Of a stretch of 64,000 bases of DNA, positions 52,501-60,965 are shown piece by piece. This DNA comes from Nageia nagi. Its lineage: Eukaryota; Plantae; Pinophyta. Both the position numbers and the translations under genes were made by a program. The notes beneath the pieces are model-generated. The model did no database searches. It was not told the origin of the DNA and saw only the letters and a program-made list of their open reading frames with translations. The DNA lies in NCBI GenBank assembly GCA_050084985.1, contig JBITNC010000002.1, forward strand, positions 10,602,001 through 10,666,000. The letters run 5' to 3'. The first letter of the stretch is position 1. Each line of letters starts with the position of its first letter.

Positions 52501-55427
52501 TGCATCATTCAGTTTTTAGTTTTTGGTTATGTTGTCAGGGAGGTTAACTAGTTGAGCAATTGTCAGTTTTATAGTTATTAGTTATGTAACATCTATGTCA
52601 AGTTTCATTTAACGGTTAACCCGCATATAATCCACAGTAATCCAAACATTGTGTACTTGTATTCCCTACAAACGATCAGGAATTTTATGAATTGATCCTC
52701 AATAGCACGCCTTTGATTTTATGTATGGAAAGAGAATAACATCATAAAAAACATTAATGTGCATACTTAATCAATAACCAAGGAATTATGTTCATCAATA
52801 ATAACAGTATAGTATTATAGAAATCTGATACATTCATCTTGAATTTTATATGGCATTATTTCCATAGACTTAATTCCCTCATGCCTGGTCCATATATCAA
52901 AGCACTTATATATTTCGTACAGTTGGAGACCTGAACTTTGTCAAAATGGTTTACTTACCGTATACTTGATGTTAATCTAAGGTGGATAACTATTCTTGTA
53001 CATGCAAAATTGTTCCATATAGGCTAGGAATAGCATATTTGTTTAGTACTCCATACATATTACATGCCATTGTTACTGTACCTTTATCTGTTTTAAGGAT
53101 GATTGAGGTAACCTGAATGGCCTTCCAGTGATTTATCTTTGCTAAGACAGTGACGTAATGAATGATCTCACTAGCATCAACTCTAACTCATCTGTCTAGC
53201 AGCACTTGAACAATTTTGACCATCATTTCTTTCTCAAATGGATTTTGTGTGTTAGCCTAGCCATAAAAGCATTTTCACCATTTTCTCTTAGCTTGATTTG
53301 TCGTAAAAAGGAATTTTGGCAATTTGTTTGGCATCAAAAACAATGTATTTATCAAAATCACATTGCACTGTTCTTCTGGTGGGACTTTTGACAGTTTTTC
53401 AGACAAGATGCTGTTAATTTAAGGTACTCTGTATTCAGCGTACAAGCTGTAATAAGGCTTCCCAGTTTGGCTATTTCCATTTAGAGAGGGTATTCTTTCA
53501 ATCTCATTTCTTGTCTTGGACTCGAGCATTCCCTTTATTGAATAAATGAGATATAAACATGTATGGATAAATGATTTTATAAAAACTAATTGCATGTCAT
53601 TAAATAGTTTAGGAAGGATATGTAGAAAATATCCTTGGCTTGTAACTTGCATCTGGACAGTGTATGTCTATCTGAGACTTGTACTTTTGGATGTCTTTGG
53701 AGGTTATGGATCTCTAGTATTCGCAAATATTTAGTTTTTAGCTGTTGTTCCAAATTTGGAATGAAGAATGTGTATAGATTGAACAGAAAAGTACTCGGTA
53801 ACTTGTAAAAGATTGCACTTGAACAGAGCACTCAGTACCTGAAGCAATATTGTGTGTGTGTTTTCCATGCAGATATGCACAACAATGGACCAGACTGTTG
53901 TAAACGACATGGACTTAGAAGATGGACAGTTTATTGCTAATAAAGCATTTATCTCTCCACATGTGCTTGTCATGACTGCCACTCCAATACCAAGGACACT
54001 TGCTTTAGCTCTTTATGGAGATATGTCCTTTACTAAGGTTTGTAGCATACCAGAGTCAAGTGATTCTTAAGTTTCTGCTGCATGTATGTAGGCCAATTAA
54101 TTGCTTTATTATTCTTTGCATAATATACATGTTCTTGCAATAAATTTCAAATTTGTGTGGCTGTTTCTTGTAAAAAAAGATAAATACAGTTGTAACATTC
54201 CATCTTAGAAACAAGTATGGATACCTGCGTATGTTGAGCTCTCCAATATGTTGCGACTAAACTTAAGCTGTCTTTGCATTATTATTTATATGTCAGTTAA
54301 ATAATTTGCATGTTCTCATAGGCGTTCTTCTCTTCAGAGTGAAAAAAACATGATGGAAAGAGTTTAAAAAATAATGCTTGTGACAGATAAATGAGAGCCT
54401 ACCTGGTCGAGTGCCTGTGAAAACATTTGCTTTCTATGGAAACAATTCAGGATTTGAGAAAGCGTATAAGGTAAGAATTGTCTTTCCTTCTCTTTAGGTT
54501 TCCAGCATAAGTGTCTATTGAGGAACATCTACTAATCATACAAGCATTATAGTTGATATGTAATAAGAGTGTTATTTTATACTTTCCTATGGTTTCTCAC
54601 ATGTTTTCAGCTAGTCTATTTTTTCAATATATTTAAGCCAACAGTTACTATCATTTTCAAGAAGGTATATTTTTCCCATTTATTTTTTAGGTGGTTGCAT
54701 TTCCTTTGTTTTGTTACTCTCTTATTTCTCACTTTCAAGTTATTCTAGAACCATACGTTTGTAGCCAAATTTTTGCCCTCTTAACAGTAATAGCATTCCT
54801 AACAATTTAGTTATCTTGATTTTTGGATGCATCTTGTATATCTTGTGATTGTAGATGGTGCAGGAAGATCTTGATAATGGAGGAAGAGTTTTTCTTGTTT
54901 ATGCAGCCATAGATGAAAGTAAGCAACTTCCACAACTTCGTGCAGCTACTGCAGAACTAGAAACAGTATCTAATATCTTTCAGGGCTATAAATGTGGCCT
55001 TCTTCATGGTCGTATGAACATTTCTGAAAAAGAAGCAGCAATACAACATTTCAAAGCAGGACATATACAAATTCTTCTCTCTACACAATTGATTGAAGTT
55101 GGAATTGATATTCCTGAAGCAACAATGATGGTAATTATCAATGCCGAGAGATTTGGAATGGCTCAGTTGCACCAGCTTAGAGGTCGCATTGGAAGGGGCA
55201 CTAAACAAGCCACTTGTATACTTCTAACACCTTCATCAAGTGGATTAGAACGGTTGAAATTATTAGAGAAGTCATCAGATGGATTCCATTTGGCAGAGGC
55301 AGATCTCAATTTCCGTGGCCCTGGAAACATGCTTGGCTTAGAACAGTCAGGACACCTCCCAGAATTTTCTATAGCTCGACTTGAGACTGATGGTGATGTC
55401 CTTGAACTAGCACATACTGCAGCTTCG
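472..55427 (+). CDS. RECG1: Organellar RecG-like ATP-dependent DNA helicase, partial spliced gene (10 internal exons, 1767 nt / 589 codons; 5' exons and terminal exon not in window)
   Basis: Exons join in frame with canonical AG/GT ends. Product has YPIYPSKG, the IHxP...ARRR.IFD.FF helix, Walker A QGDVGCGKT, MVPTELLAVQH, VDEQHRFGVAQR (DExH), MTATPIPRTL, STQLIEVGIDIPEA, QLHQLRGRIGRG and the TRG motif DGFHLAEADLNFRGPGNMLGLEQSG, all characteristic of RecG. Confidence 0.96.
2493..6782 (+). mobile_element. 4.3-kb solo-LTR-like unit (large-LTR Gypsy, Tat/Ogre-like by inference)
   Basis: Starts TGTTGTGCCC, ends CATCCCGACA; perfect 5-bp TSD GTATC (2488-2492 / 6783-6787); TATA cctataaata at ~5778; no PBS or pol inside; homologous to 12782-20156. 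Confidence 0.85.
3510..4960 (+). repeat. ~363-bp degenerate tandem array (4 units) inside the 4.3-kb LTR
   Basis: ctcttg(g/c)aa...cccctcaaaaa(g/c)ctagg recurs at ~3514, 3885, 4240, 4603; gccaat at ~3786, 4140, 4503. Confidence 0.8.
7021..7580 (-). mobile_element. Decayed repeat encoding a coiled-coil-like ORF fragment (second copy at 40095-41540)
   Basis: Aligns by eye with 40110-40390 and 41380-41540; minus frame reads ...TPIFSFERLT...FAKINVNIEQLREQSK... with stops. Confidence 0.55.
7583..8900 (-). mobile_element. Degenerate LINE-like remnant (ORF1 zinc-knuckle region, A-rich 3' tail)
   Basis: Minus-strand CHKYGHLAHT(F)P knuckle remnant; AATAAA-like signal and A-rich tail at 7583-7620 on the minus strand. 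Confidence 0.5.
9300..9660 (+). mobile_element. LTR fragment, inverted homolog of 39000-39270
   Basis: ccctagttggctccttggaggccaa(t)gttga and gctagcttgtgagggag match the reverse complement of 39040-39270. Confidence 0.75.
11180..11700 (-). mobile_element. hAT (BED-finger/DUF659-type) transposase N-terminal remnant
   Basis: GIFQLKNHLAKKRGENVRPCNHV resembles the plant hAT BED-finger GGIxRLKxHLA...VxxC motif; stops and frameshifts present. Confidence 0.55.
11770..12400 (-). mobile_element. LINE (L1-like) ORF1 fragment, DUF4283-type domain
   Basis: FIGRF...HIWIVKKW...FLLFKFNN...VLELETWFLGRKGLVLKH*..GF...IPIWVSLHNL matches the plant L1 ORF1 pattern. Confidence 0.8.
12518..12723 (+). pseudogene. 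Decayed duplicate of the RECG intron end plus 5' half of exon B (pseudo-exon)
   Basis: Aligns with 22427-22632; acceptor aagcag is changed to aaccgg; reads LLDSLPVGMDPLL. Confidence 0.9.
13947..17197 (-). pseudogene. ~1,080-codon degenerate retroelement accessory ORF (N-terminal globular region, Pro/Thr/basic linker, C-terminal helical region)
   Basis: Nine consecutive same-strand ORF pieces (16967-17197 through 14019-14474) separated by single stops or frameshifts; motifs WSKVISD...KRFYMSSYLVF and TYIKVYGS..PPYILPRYASDR; no gag/RT/integrase motifs. Confidence 0.8.
18050..19130 (-). repeat. ~175-180-bp degenerate tandem array inside the 7.4-kb LTR
   Basis: ag(a/t)cctaa..gtg core at 18319, 18500, 18673, 18845, 19025 (spacing 181, 173, 172, 180). 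Confidence 0.85.
20726..20737 (+). promoter_or_regulatory. Primer-binding site complementary to initiator tRNA-Met
   Basis: TGGTATCAGAGC 2 nt after the LTR end ...CCTAACA. Confidence 0.92.
22589..22670 (+). CDS. RECG1: RECG exon B ((R)LLDSLPVDMDPLPDSVCSKFSLMKLRE)
   Basis: aagcag|A completes the AG+A=Arg codon from exon A; donor GAA|gtgagt; DPLP motif. Not in the ORF track. Confidence 0.9.
23580..24500 (+). mobile_element. Dispersed repeat (possibly a LINE 3' region), homolog at 47150-47860
   Basis: gggagata(t/c)tact...tttagaga...acttgcta(t/c)cttcttt(t/c)gctatcta and cctaatca...tggcc.c..ccc...attagatc shared by both loci. Confidence 0.6.
24990..26206 (+). mobile_element. Probable Helitron 3' portion carrying an acidic ORF remnant (5' boundary uncertain)
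   Basis: Hairpin ataaaagtt-tttgc-aacttttat (26167-26189) followed ~13 nt later by CTAG|T at 26203-26207. Confidence 0.45.
25358..25858 (+). mobile_element. 501-bp solo LTR
   Basis: TGTTGGA...CCTTCA, perfect TSD AGTTG (25353-57 / 25859-63), TATA cctataaata at ~25578. Confidence 0.88.
26207..30850 (+). mobile_element. Degenerate Ty1/Copia element (gag-PR-IN-RT-RH), 5' LTR missing
   Basis: Protease WLLDIGASCH, integrase LWHA*FGH and PQQNGVVE, RT GCKWVY / YVDDLLI, RNase H YFDSDFDGD; PPT attaaagggggaa then TGTTAAG at 30388; many stops; 3' end approximate. Confidence 0.9.
31567..31656 (+). CDS. RECG1: RECG exon C (AYFGIHCPKNKKEAESARRRFIFDDFFYPQ)
   Basis: taagcag|GCT ... CAG|gtatac, 90 nt; IHxP and ARRRxxFD motif of RecG. 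Confidence 0.92.
34180..34606 (+). mobile_element. LTR-like 3' end (...AAGTGTCTACA); homologs at ~100-298 and 43590-44080
   Basis: gatagaa...tattgcacttt...cttgatctttgataatga and aaatgag.acttgggagtgctttataaag shared with 43790-44080; all three end gtgtct(a/g)(c/t)a. Confidence 0.65.
38751..40093. mobile_element. Solo-LTR-like element (TGTAA...GGGGATGTTACA)
   Basis: LTR-type termini; inverted homolog at 9300-9660; no clear TSD, left boundary uncertain. Confidence 0.6.
40396..41380 (-). mobile_element. Non-autonomous hAT derivative retaining the C-terminal dimerisation (hATC) coding remnant
   Basis: P.KWW...G..LQNIATRILSQMASSSSTERNWSTYDFIHSVK*NRL...EDLIYVHSNLR is the plant hATC signature; gtttcc/gaaac subterminal repeats. 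Confidence 0.88.
40473..40515. repeat. (AT)n microsatellite
   Basis: Seen directly. Confidence 0.95.
43590..44080 (+). mobile_element. LTR-like 3' end, homolog of 34180-34606
   Basis: Direct alignment by eye. Confidence 0.65.
45145..45378 (+). CDS. RECG1: RECG exon D (LELLFRR...LPFQLTKSQLKAASEIIWDLKRPLPMNRLLQ)
   Basis: atacag|TTG ... CAA|gtatgg; Q-motif LPFxLTxxQ and PMNRLLQ. Confidence 0.95.
46185..46540. mobile_element. 356-bp hAT-superfamily MITE
   Basis: Ends CATAG.../...CTATG; perfect 8-bp TSD ATCATGAC (46177-84 / 46541-48); actcg/cgag/tgagt subterminal repeats. Confidence 0.88.
47150..47860 (+). mobile_element. Second copy of the dispersed repeat at 23580-24500
   Basis: Shared blocks as above. 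Confidence 0.6.
48858..49358 (-). mobile_element. Truncated second copy of the hAT derivative at 40396-41380
   Basis: gccatttgtgatagaat...tccaaagatgatatgttt...ccctcacttcagtttgtatagaag...gtgagaaa(t/c)gtgggagaata shared; ends gtttcctgcagcttag. Confidence 0.85.
49996..50067 (+). CDS. RECG1: RECG exon E (GDVGCGKTVVALLAALEVIDTGFQ, Walker A)
   Basis: ttacag|GGT ... CAG|gtaaga, 72 nt. Confidence 0.95.
50316..50465 (+). CDS. RECG1: RECG exon F (AAFMVPTELLAVQHY...LLTGSTPSKKACSIRN)
   Basis: tgcag|GCA ... AAC|gtaagg; motif Ia. Confidence 0.94.
50587..50730 (+). CDS. RECG1: RECG exon G (RLETGEIAVVVGTHSLI...VDEQHRFGVAQRGKFSSK)
   Basis: attcag|AGA ... AAG|gtatgt; motifs Ib and II. Confidence 0.95.
53873..54037 (+). 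CDS. RECG1: RECG exon H (ICTTMDQ...PHVLVMTATPIPRTLALALYGDMSFTK)
   Basis: atgcag|ATA ... AAG|gtttgt; motif III. Confidence 0.92.
54387..54470 (+). CDS. RECG1: RECG exon I (INESLPGRVPVKTFAFYGNNSGFEKAYK)
   Basis: tgacag|ATA ... AAG|gtaaga; PGRxPVxT motif. Not in the ORF track. Confidence 0.92.
54855..55427 (+). CDS. RECG1: RECG exon J (motifs IV-VI and TRG motif)
   Basis: ttgtag|ATG ... TCG|gttagt, 573 nt; LHGRM, ERFGMAQLHQLRGRIGRG, RGPG..G..QSG. Confidence 0.95.
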
Positions 55428-57156
55428 GTTAGTTATTCCTCATTTACACCATTTTCAACTACCATGCTTTGTTATACACTTATTTGTTAATGTATTTATT
55501 TCAGATGCTTAATTTGACTGAACTGCAAAATACACTCCTGCACTATATTATTTTGAAGATCAAACGCTAATAAAAATGAAATGGTATAATTCAAGATAGT
55601 GATTGTGAATTATTTAACGCCACTCACATGCTAGACCAAGCTTATTCTTTTGATAAAAGAGAGTAATTTGGGAGTTAAAACACAAAATGTGTTTTGTTCC
55701 TAGAAGATACTTCTCTTTCAGGTATTTTCCTCCGAATGTCTTCTGAAATGGCCCTTTAGATTTAGTTGTTTGAATATTTAGTCAGTATAGAATTCCATAG
55801 TTTCTGAGGAGAGGAGGTTGTGGCCTCTATTTTTCCACATTCCCAATCTTATGGCTTCTACTTTTGCTCATATTGATGATTTCCCTAGAAAGTTCTAGGT
55901 TTATTTTTTTAAGAATAAAGATGAGTTCTTGAGTATTCTTATGACTTTTAAAGCTTGTGGAGAATAAAAGTGGATATAAGATCAAGTCTTTGAGAACTGA
56001 TCCGGTGTGGAGAGTATTGTTCTTAGAAGTTCAAATAATTTGGTCATTAAAATGGCATCAAGAGGCAGCTCACAACTTCTTATACCTCAACAAAATAGGG
56101 TGGTTGAGAGGAAGAATGAGATTGTTGTTGAAATGGAAAGGAACATGCTTCAAACTAAGGGCCTAAACAATTGGTATTGGCTGATGCTGTTTCTGCAACA
56201 ACTTATGTTCTTAATATGAGTGCAACAAGTGCTGTTTAACAAGATGACTCGTCATGAAGTATGGTATGGAAAGAAATCCAATGTCACTTGAAAGTCTTTG
56301 GTTGTTTAGCCTACGTTCATTTTTAGTGACAAGAAAAGAAAAAAACTTGATTGAAAGAGTGAACCTTCATTGGATATTTTGGAAGTAGCAAAGCCTATAG
56401 GCTTTACAATCAAAAAGGTTGACAAGGTGGTGACTTCAAAGGGTGTGATTTTTGATGAAGGGGAGTATGTGGGCAGCAAAAAGCTGAATTGGAAAGACCA
56501 TCTATGTACATGATACCAGTGTTCTTGTGGGACAACCCACTAGTGGGTATACTCCTCCATTAAGTTGAAGTAGCGTCACAGTGACTTCCTCTAGTGATTC
56601 TTGACCAAGCTCCATCACTAGCCTTTTGAAGAATAAAAAGGTTGAGAAAATTCTTCAAACTCGCCCTCCAAATCAAATGCTTGATAAAAACTATGAAAGA
56701 AGGCTCGCAAGAAACCATGCTCATGAAATAGACTAGGTGGTTGCATGGTTGGAGAGGCTGCAACTTTATGAAGATGACAAATAACCCAAAGGTGAAATGC
56801 CCAATTATGTTTTAATATCAAAAGTTGAAATTGAGCCTTCTTGTTTCAAAGATGCTTGTAGTAATGATGTGTGGGTGAAAGCTACGCAAGAAGAAATCAG
56901 TTCCATTCAAAAAAATTTCTCAAAAGCCAAAAAATGGTGAGTTTTAAGTGGGTATACAAGACCAAATACGATATTGATGACAACATTAAAATACAAAAAG
57001 CTAGACTTGTGGCTAAAGGATTTACTCAAAGGTATGGAATTGATTATGAAGTGACTTTTGCATCAGTAGGAAGGCAAGAGACAATTGGAATGGTACTTGT
57101 CATGGCAGCCAAAAGGAAATGGAATGTGAATCAGTTGGATCTGAAAAGTTCCTTAC

Positions 57157-57940
57157 ATATATATATATATTTCTAGCAAACCCTCAACATAAAAATGCAG
57201 AGATAAATTGCAGCAATAAAACAACTCGGAAATTGCTCATAAAATAACACAAGTATGAGGAGAAATCAACCAGTATCATATATTAAATATTGCCAAACCA
57301 ATACAACAGCTGGAATGGACAAATGGAGTCCCCAAGGAACTCAAAATGCAGATACAAACTCCCACAAGTGGGACGAACTGACCTCAAGGCTGAACTGATG
57401 CAAAAACTCCCCAGAATTGACCCCAAATACAAGCATAGGGTTTGGGGCTGCCAACAGGTCTGAAACACATGTCACAAACGCTCCCAAAAAATGCCACGAA
57501 CTTCCCAAATTGAGTGAATCCCTTCACCAAAAATGCCACGAACCACACAGATGCCTCTTTTTGTATTTTTGATATTTTAGGGCAACAACACCTTCAATGA
57601 TATTGCCAAGACCCCAACCATGCACCTCCAATGCACTATGGGAATGAGCAAGACCTGCAATCTCAACACATGGAAACTCTACGGTTTCAATATTCAATTC
57701 TAATATCAACATAACATGCCCAAAATGGGACTGTCACTTCATTTTATATGATGAGGTTCTAATTTGGAGTTGACATCTCCCAACCCTAAAATCACTTAAA
57801 GTGCCCTATTACAACATAAAAACATAAAACATAAATAAACACAACTCAAGTTATGCCTCCTCGTCACATGAACCCCTTTTTTCACTTTTATAAATAAGTG
57901 TAGGAGACATTTACAAACATATTTATTTTTGGGACATAAC
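57157..57940. mobile_element. LTR-like insertion within the Copia RT
   Basis: RT reading breaks after QLDLKSS and resumes at FEVKGKEDYVY; insert ends GGGACATAAC (LTR-type end); left end replaced by (TA)n. Confidence 0.65.
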
Positions 57941-58574
57941 TGTTTTGAGGTTAAAGGCAAAGAAGATTATGTATACCAATTGATGAAGGTGTTGTATGGC
58001 CCTAAGCAAGCACCAAGGGCATGGTACGCCCAGATCGATGCCTATTTTCAAAAATGTAGATCCATAAAAAGTAAAAGTGAACCTAGCCTTTACTTCAAGA
58101 AAGAAGTTAATGATCTTATTTTTTTTTTTATGTAGATGATCTCATATACACTGATAGTGGTTCAAAAATGTAAAACGACTTCAAAAAGGCAATGATGGAT
58201 GAACTTGAAATGAAGGATTTGGGACTGATGCATTACTTTCTTGGAATGGAGGTTTATCAATTTGAAGATGAAATATCTATTTGGCAAATAAAGTATGCCA
58301 ATGGTATGTTGAAGAAATATAGTATGAACAAATGTAAATTGTTCTTACTACTATTGCTCATGCGGAAATGTTGTGTAAGGATGATGGAGTTGAGAAAGTT
58401 GATGTGGCGAGGTATAGAAGCATTGTGGGAGAAACGCCATTAGATTGGATATTGCCTATGTTGTTTCTCCTGTTTCAAGGTATACAAATGAACCATTTGC
58501 AATTCATTTAAAGTCAGCTAAGAGAATCTTGAAGTATGTGAAAGGTACTATGGATTTTGATTAGGGAGGTACTT

Positions 58575-60965
58575 TGTAATGTTCCAGACTAGGGTTGATC
58601 TCAAACTTTGCCAAAGGGCTCACAAAAATAATTAAAATTCACCAAAAATCCTAATTAAGTCGTTTATGCACTAAAATCACCCAAGATGCCCTATCCAAGT
58701 ACTGAAAATGCAAATGTCTGGCTGTGAGGGGCAAAAGAGCAAGCAATAAATCCAACGTCAAAGTTCAGAAAGCCAATAATGATGCAAAAATACCAAAATC
58801 TAGCCTAGAAGTGTTAGATCTCCACAACTAAGCTCAAATAGTGCAATAAACTCAAACAAGCTAAATGTCTAGGCAGATATGTCAATATAAACAAAATAGC
58901 ATCCACAAATCCAACGTCTAGACTACTAGGGCCAAACATAAAGTAATGAACCACAAAACTGTAATTCAAATAATATTGCAATGAAAATTTAATTATATGC
59001 TTTTGATCTAGATCAATGATGCCCTAGATGAAGATCCTTTGAAATGCTGAAAATTATAAGGGAAGGCCTCCTCCTTGTGATGCTCCAAGATTATCTTATA
59101 CCAAAATAAGAACACCAAAAATCAAATGATTCATGTAATGAGAAATAGACACCAAATTCAACACAAAACTACTCAAAAATGCCCAATGTCACAACACTAA
59201 TGTGGGATCCGAGTGCCACACATCAAATTATAGCAATTCTGGAACAAGTACAATGCAAAATGGCCCAAGAGGGTTGACATATGGCTCTATGGACTAGATC
59301 TGACACTCAACAATGGAAATTATGCACAAGGATGGTTGACATCACACAACTAAGGCCTCAAACCCCCAAATCTGATGGAACAATGGGACAGCTACACTCC
59401 CTCAAACCTAGATGTTCTGTTGTAGAACTCCCACGCCTGAAAACCACTGATGGTAGAAGTGCAACTCCGAAATCCCATTGGATGGACTAAGATGCTACAT
59501 CTTAGTCATAAATTAGCAAGGTCCCTCAGCCTACTAACTCCCCTTGATGCCAAACCAAGAGGATGATGGCGTTATGCTGTTCTCTCTAAGAGAAGACTAG
59601 AAAATGATGTATAAGCCAAAAGATACCTTCCTCTCCCTGTGCTAAGGCCTTATGTAGGTGGGCACCTCCCTTAGATGCCTAGACTAAATCTAGGAATCAT
59701 CCAAGAGTCCAATGCCTAGGGTCTCAATTAGAATATTACTAACTACCCCTCGAAGGGAGACATCCCATACTGAGCTCATAATTGGTCCTTGGCACCCATA
59801 AATCTCCTATCCCAAGTTACAATGATGCCTAAATTACATGCAAATGATTACTAAATACTCCTAATTACCAAATCACCCCTAAATTACATTGTTTTATGCT
59901 TGTTCATTCTCAAAAGAGTAGACGTCAAGCCTTCAATGGACCCCATGGGTCTTTACGTGCTAGCAAAAGGAACGATTTAAGAAAAGGGACATCATAATCC
60001 TCAATTGTGGCTGAGACACTAGGGTCTCTCTCTAGCAGTGTTAAATAATCTAGGGTAATGCCAACACCCCTAGATAGCTAGTTGGTTCTTTGAGGTGCGC
60101 TAACCCTCAAAGTAGCAATCCGTATATCCCTGATACCTCGCTAAATCTCAACACCTCTGTTGTGGGTTTTCATTTGGAAGAGACTAAGGATGGAGCCTAT
60201 GCCGACAACCTAGAGAAGAGAGAAATTAACCAAACAAGCATATCCTCAAATGAGCTATGGTCCTTCTTTTATAGATTCCAAATGGCCTTCATGCCCTGTA
60301 TCCACCTCTAGATGCTTCCATGGTGCCTTGGGATCACCACAATCATCTTGGATGTTCGAGATTTGTTCTTGGAGTGAGATGTTGCATCATGTGTGTCTTG
60401 GGATCCATGAAATCACATCTAATAGTGCTAGTTTGTCCTTCTAGGTGCCACGCCTCCCTCTTGGAGTCTCTTGTACCTTGGGATCAATGTTACCCTCTTG
60501 GGATCCTCGTGCTCTACCCTTACGGATGTGTCTGGCTTAGGGGGAAGCACTATTACAATGATAGACTTCTACGTGCCTCAAGATGCCAAATTACAACTCA
60601 TCAAGGCTAAGATATGCAACGCCTCACTTAAGGAGACTAATATTGCATTTACAATAATAATTTGCTTTGGTATTATAATTACAACATTTATTTGGCATCC
60701 TTAAGTGGCCCATGAATTTACAAACATTTTGCTAATAAAAAGAAACAAATAATGACTCATAGAGTCCAACGTCCCATGTTGGAGATCCTCCAAGTGAGAT
60801 AAAATATAGAAAAATTCCATAATTAATGCCTAAATTACTAAAATATTTGCAAGTTGCTCTAAAATTACCAAAATACTCCTAAATGGCTAAAAGAGCACAA
60901 TGAGGGTGCACGTTCCACTTCCTTGTGCCAGAGTGAGAGAGGTACCAAAATTTGGGAATATTACA
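58575..60965. mobile_element. Solo LTR inserted in the Copia RNase H
   Basis: TGTAATGTTCC...GGGAATATTACA; TSD TACTT/TAGTT; removal restores D(W)GGSLDD.KS..G. Confidence 0.82.
59076..59996. mobile_element. 921-bp solo LTR nested in 58575-60965
   Basis: TGTGATGCTCC...GGGACATCATA terminal inverted match; TSD CTCCT/ATCCT. Confidence 0.7.

Noticed and set aside
472-55427. Bacterial recG from contamination or recent horizontal transfer
   Set aside because: Ten spliceosomal exons and plant-type sequence; plant RECG is an established nuclear gene of endosymbiotic origin.
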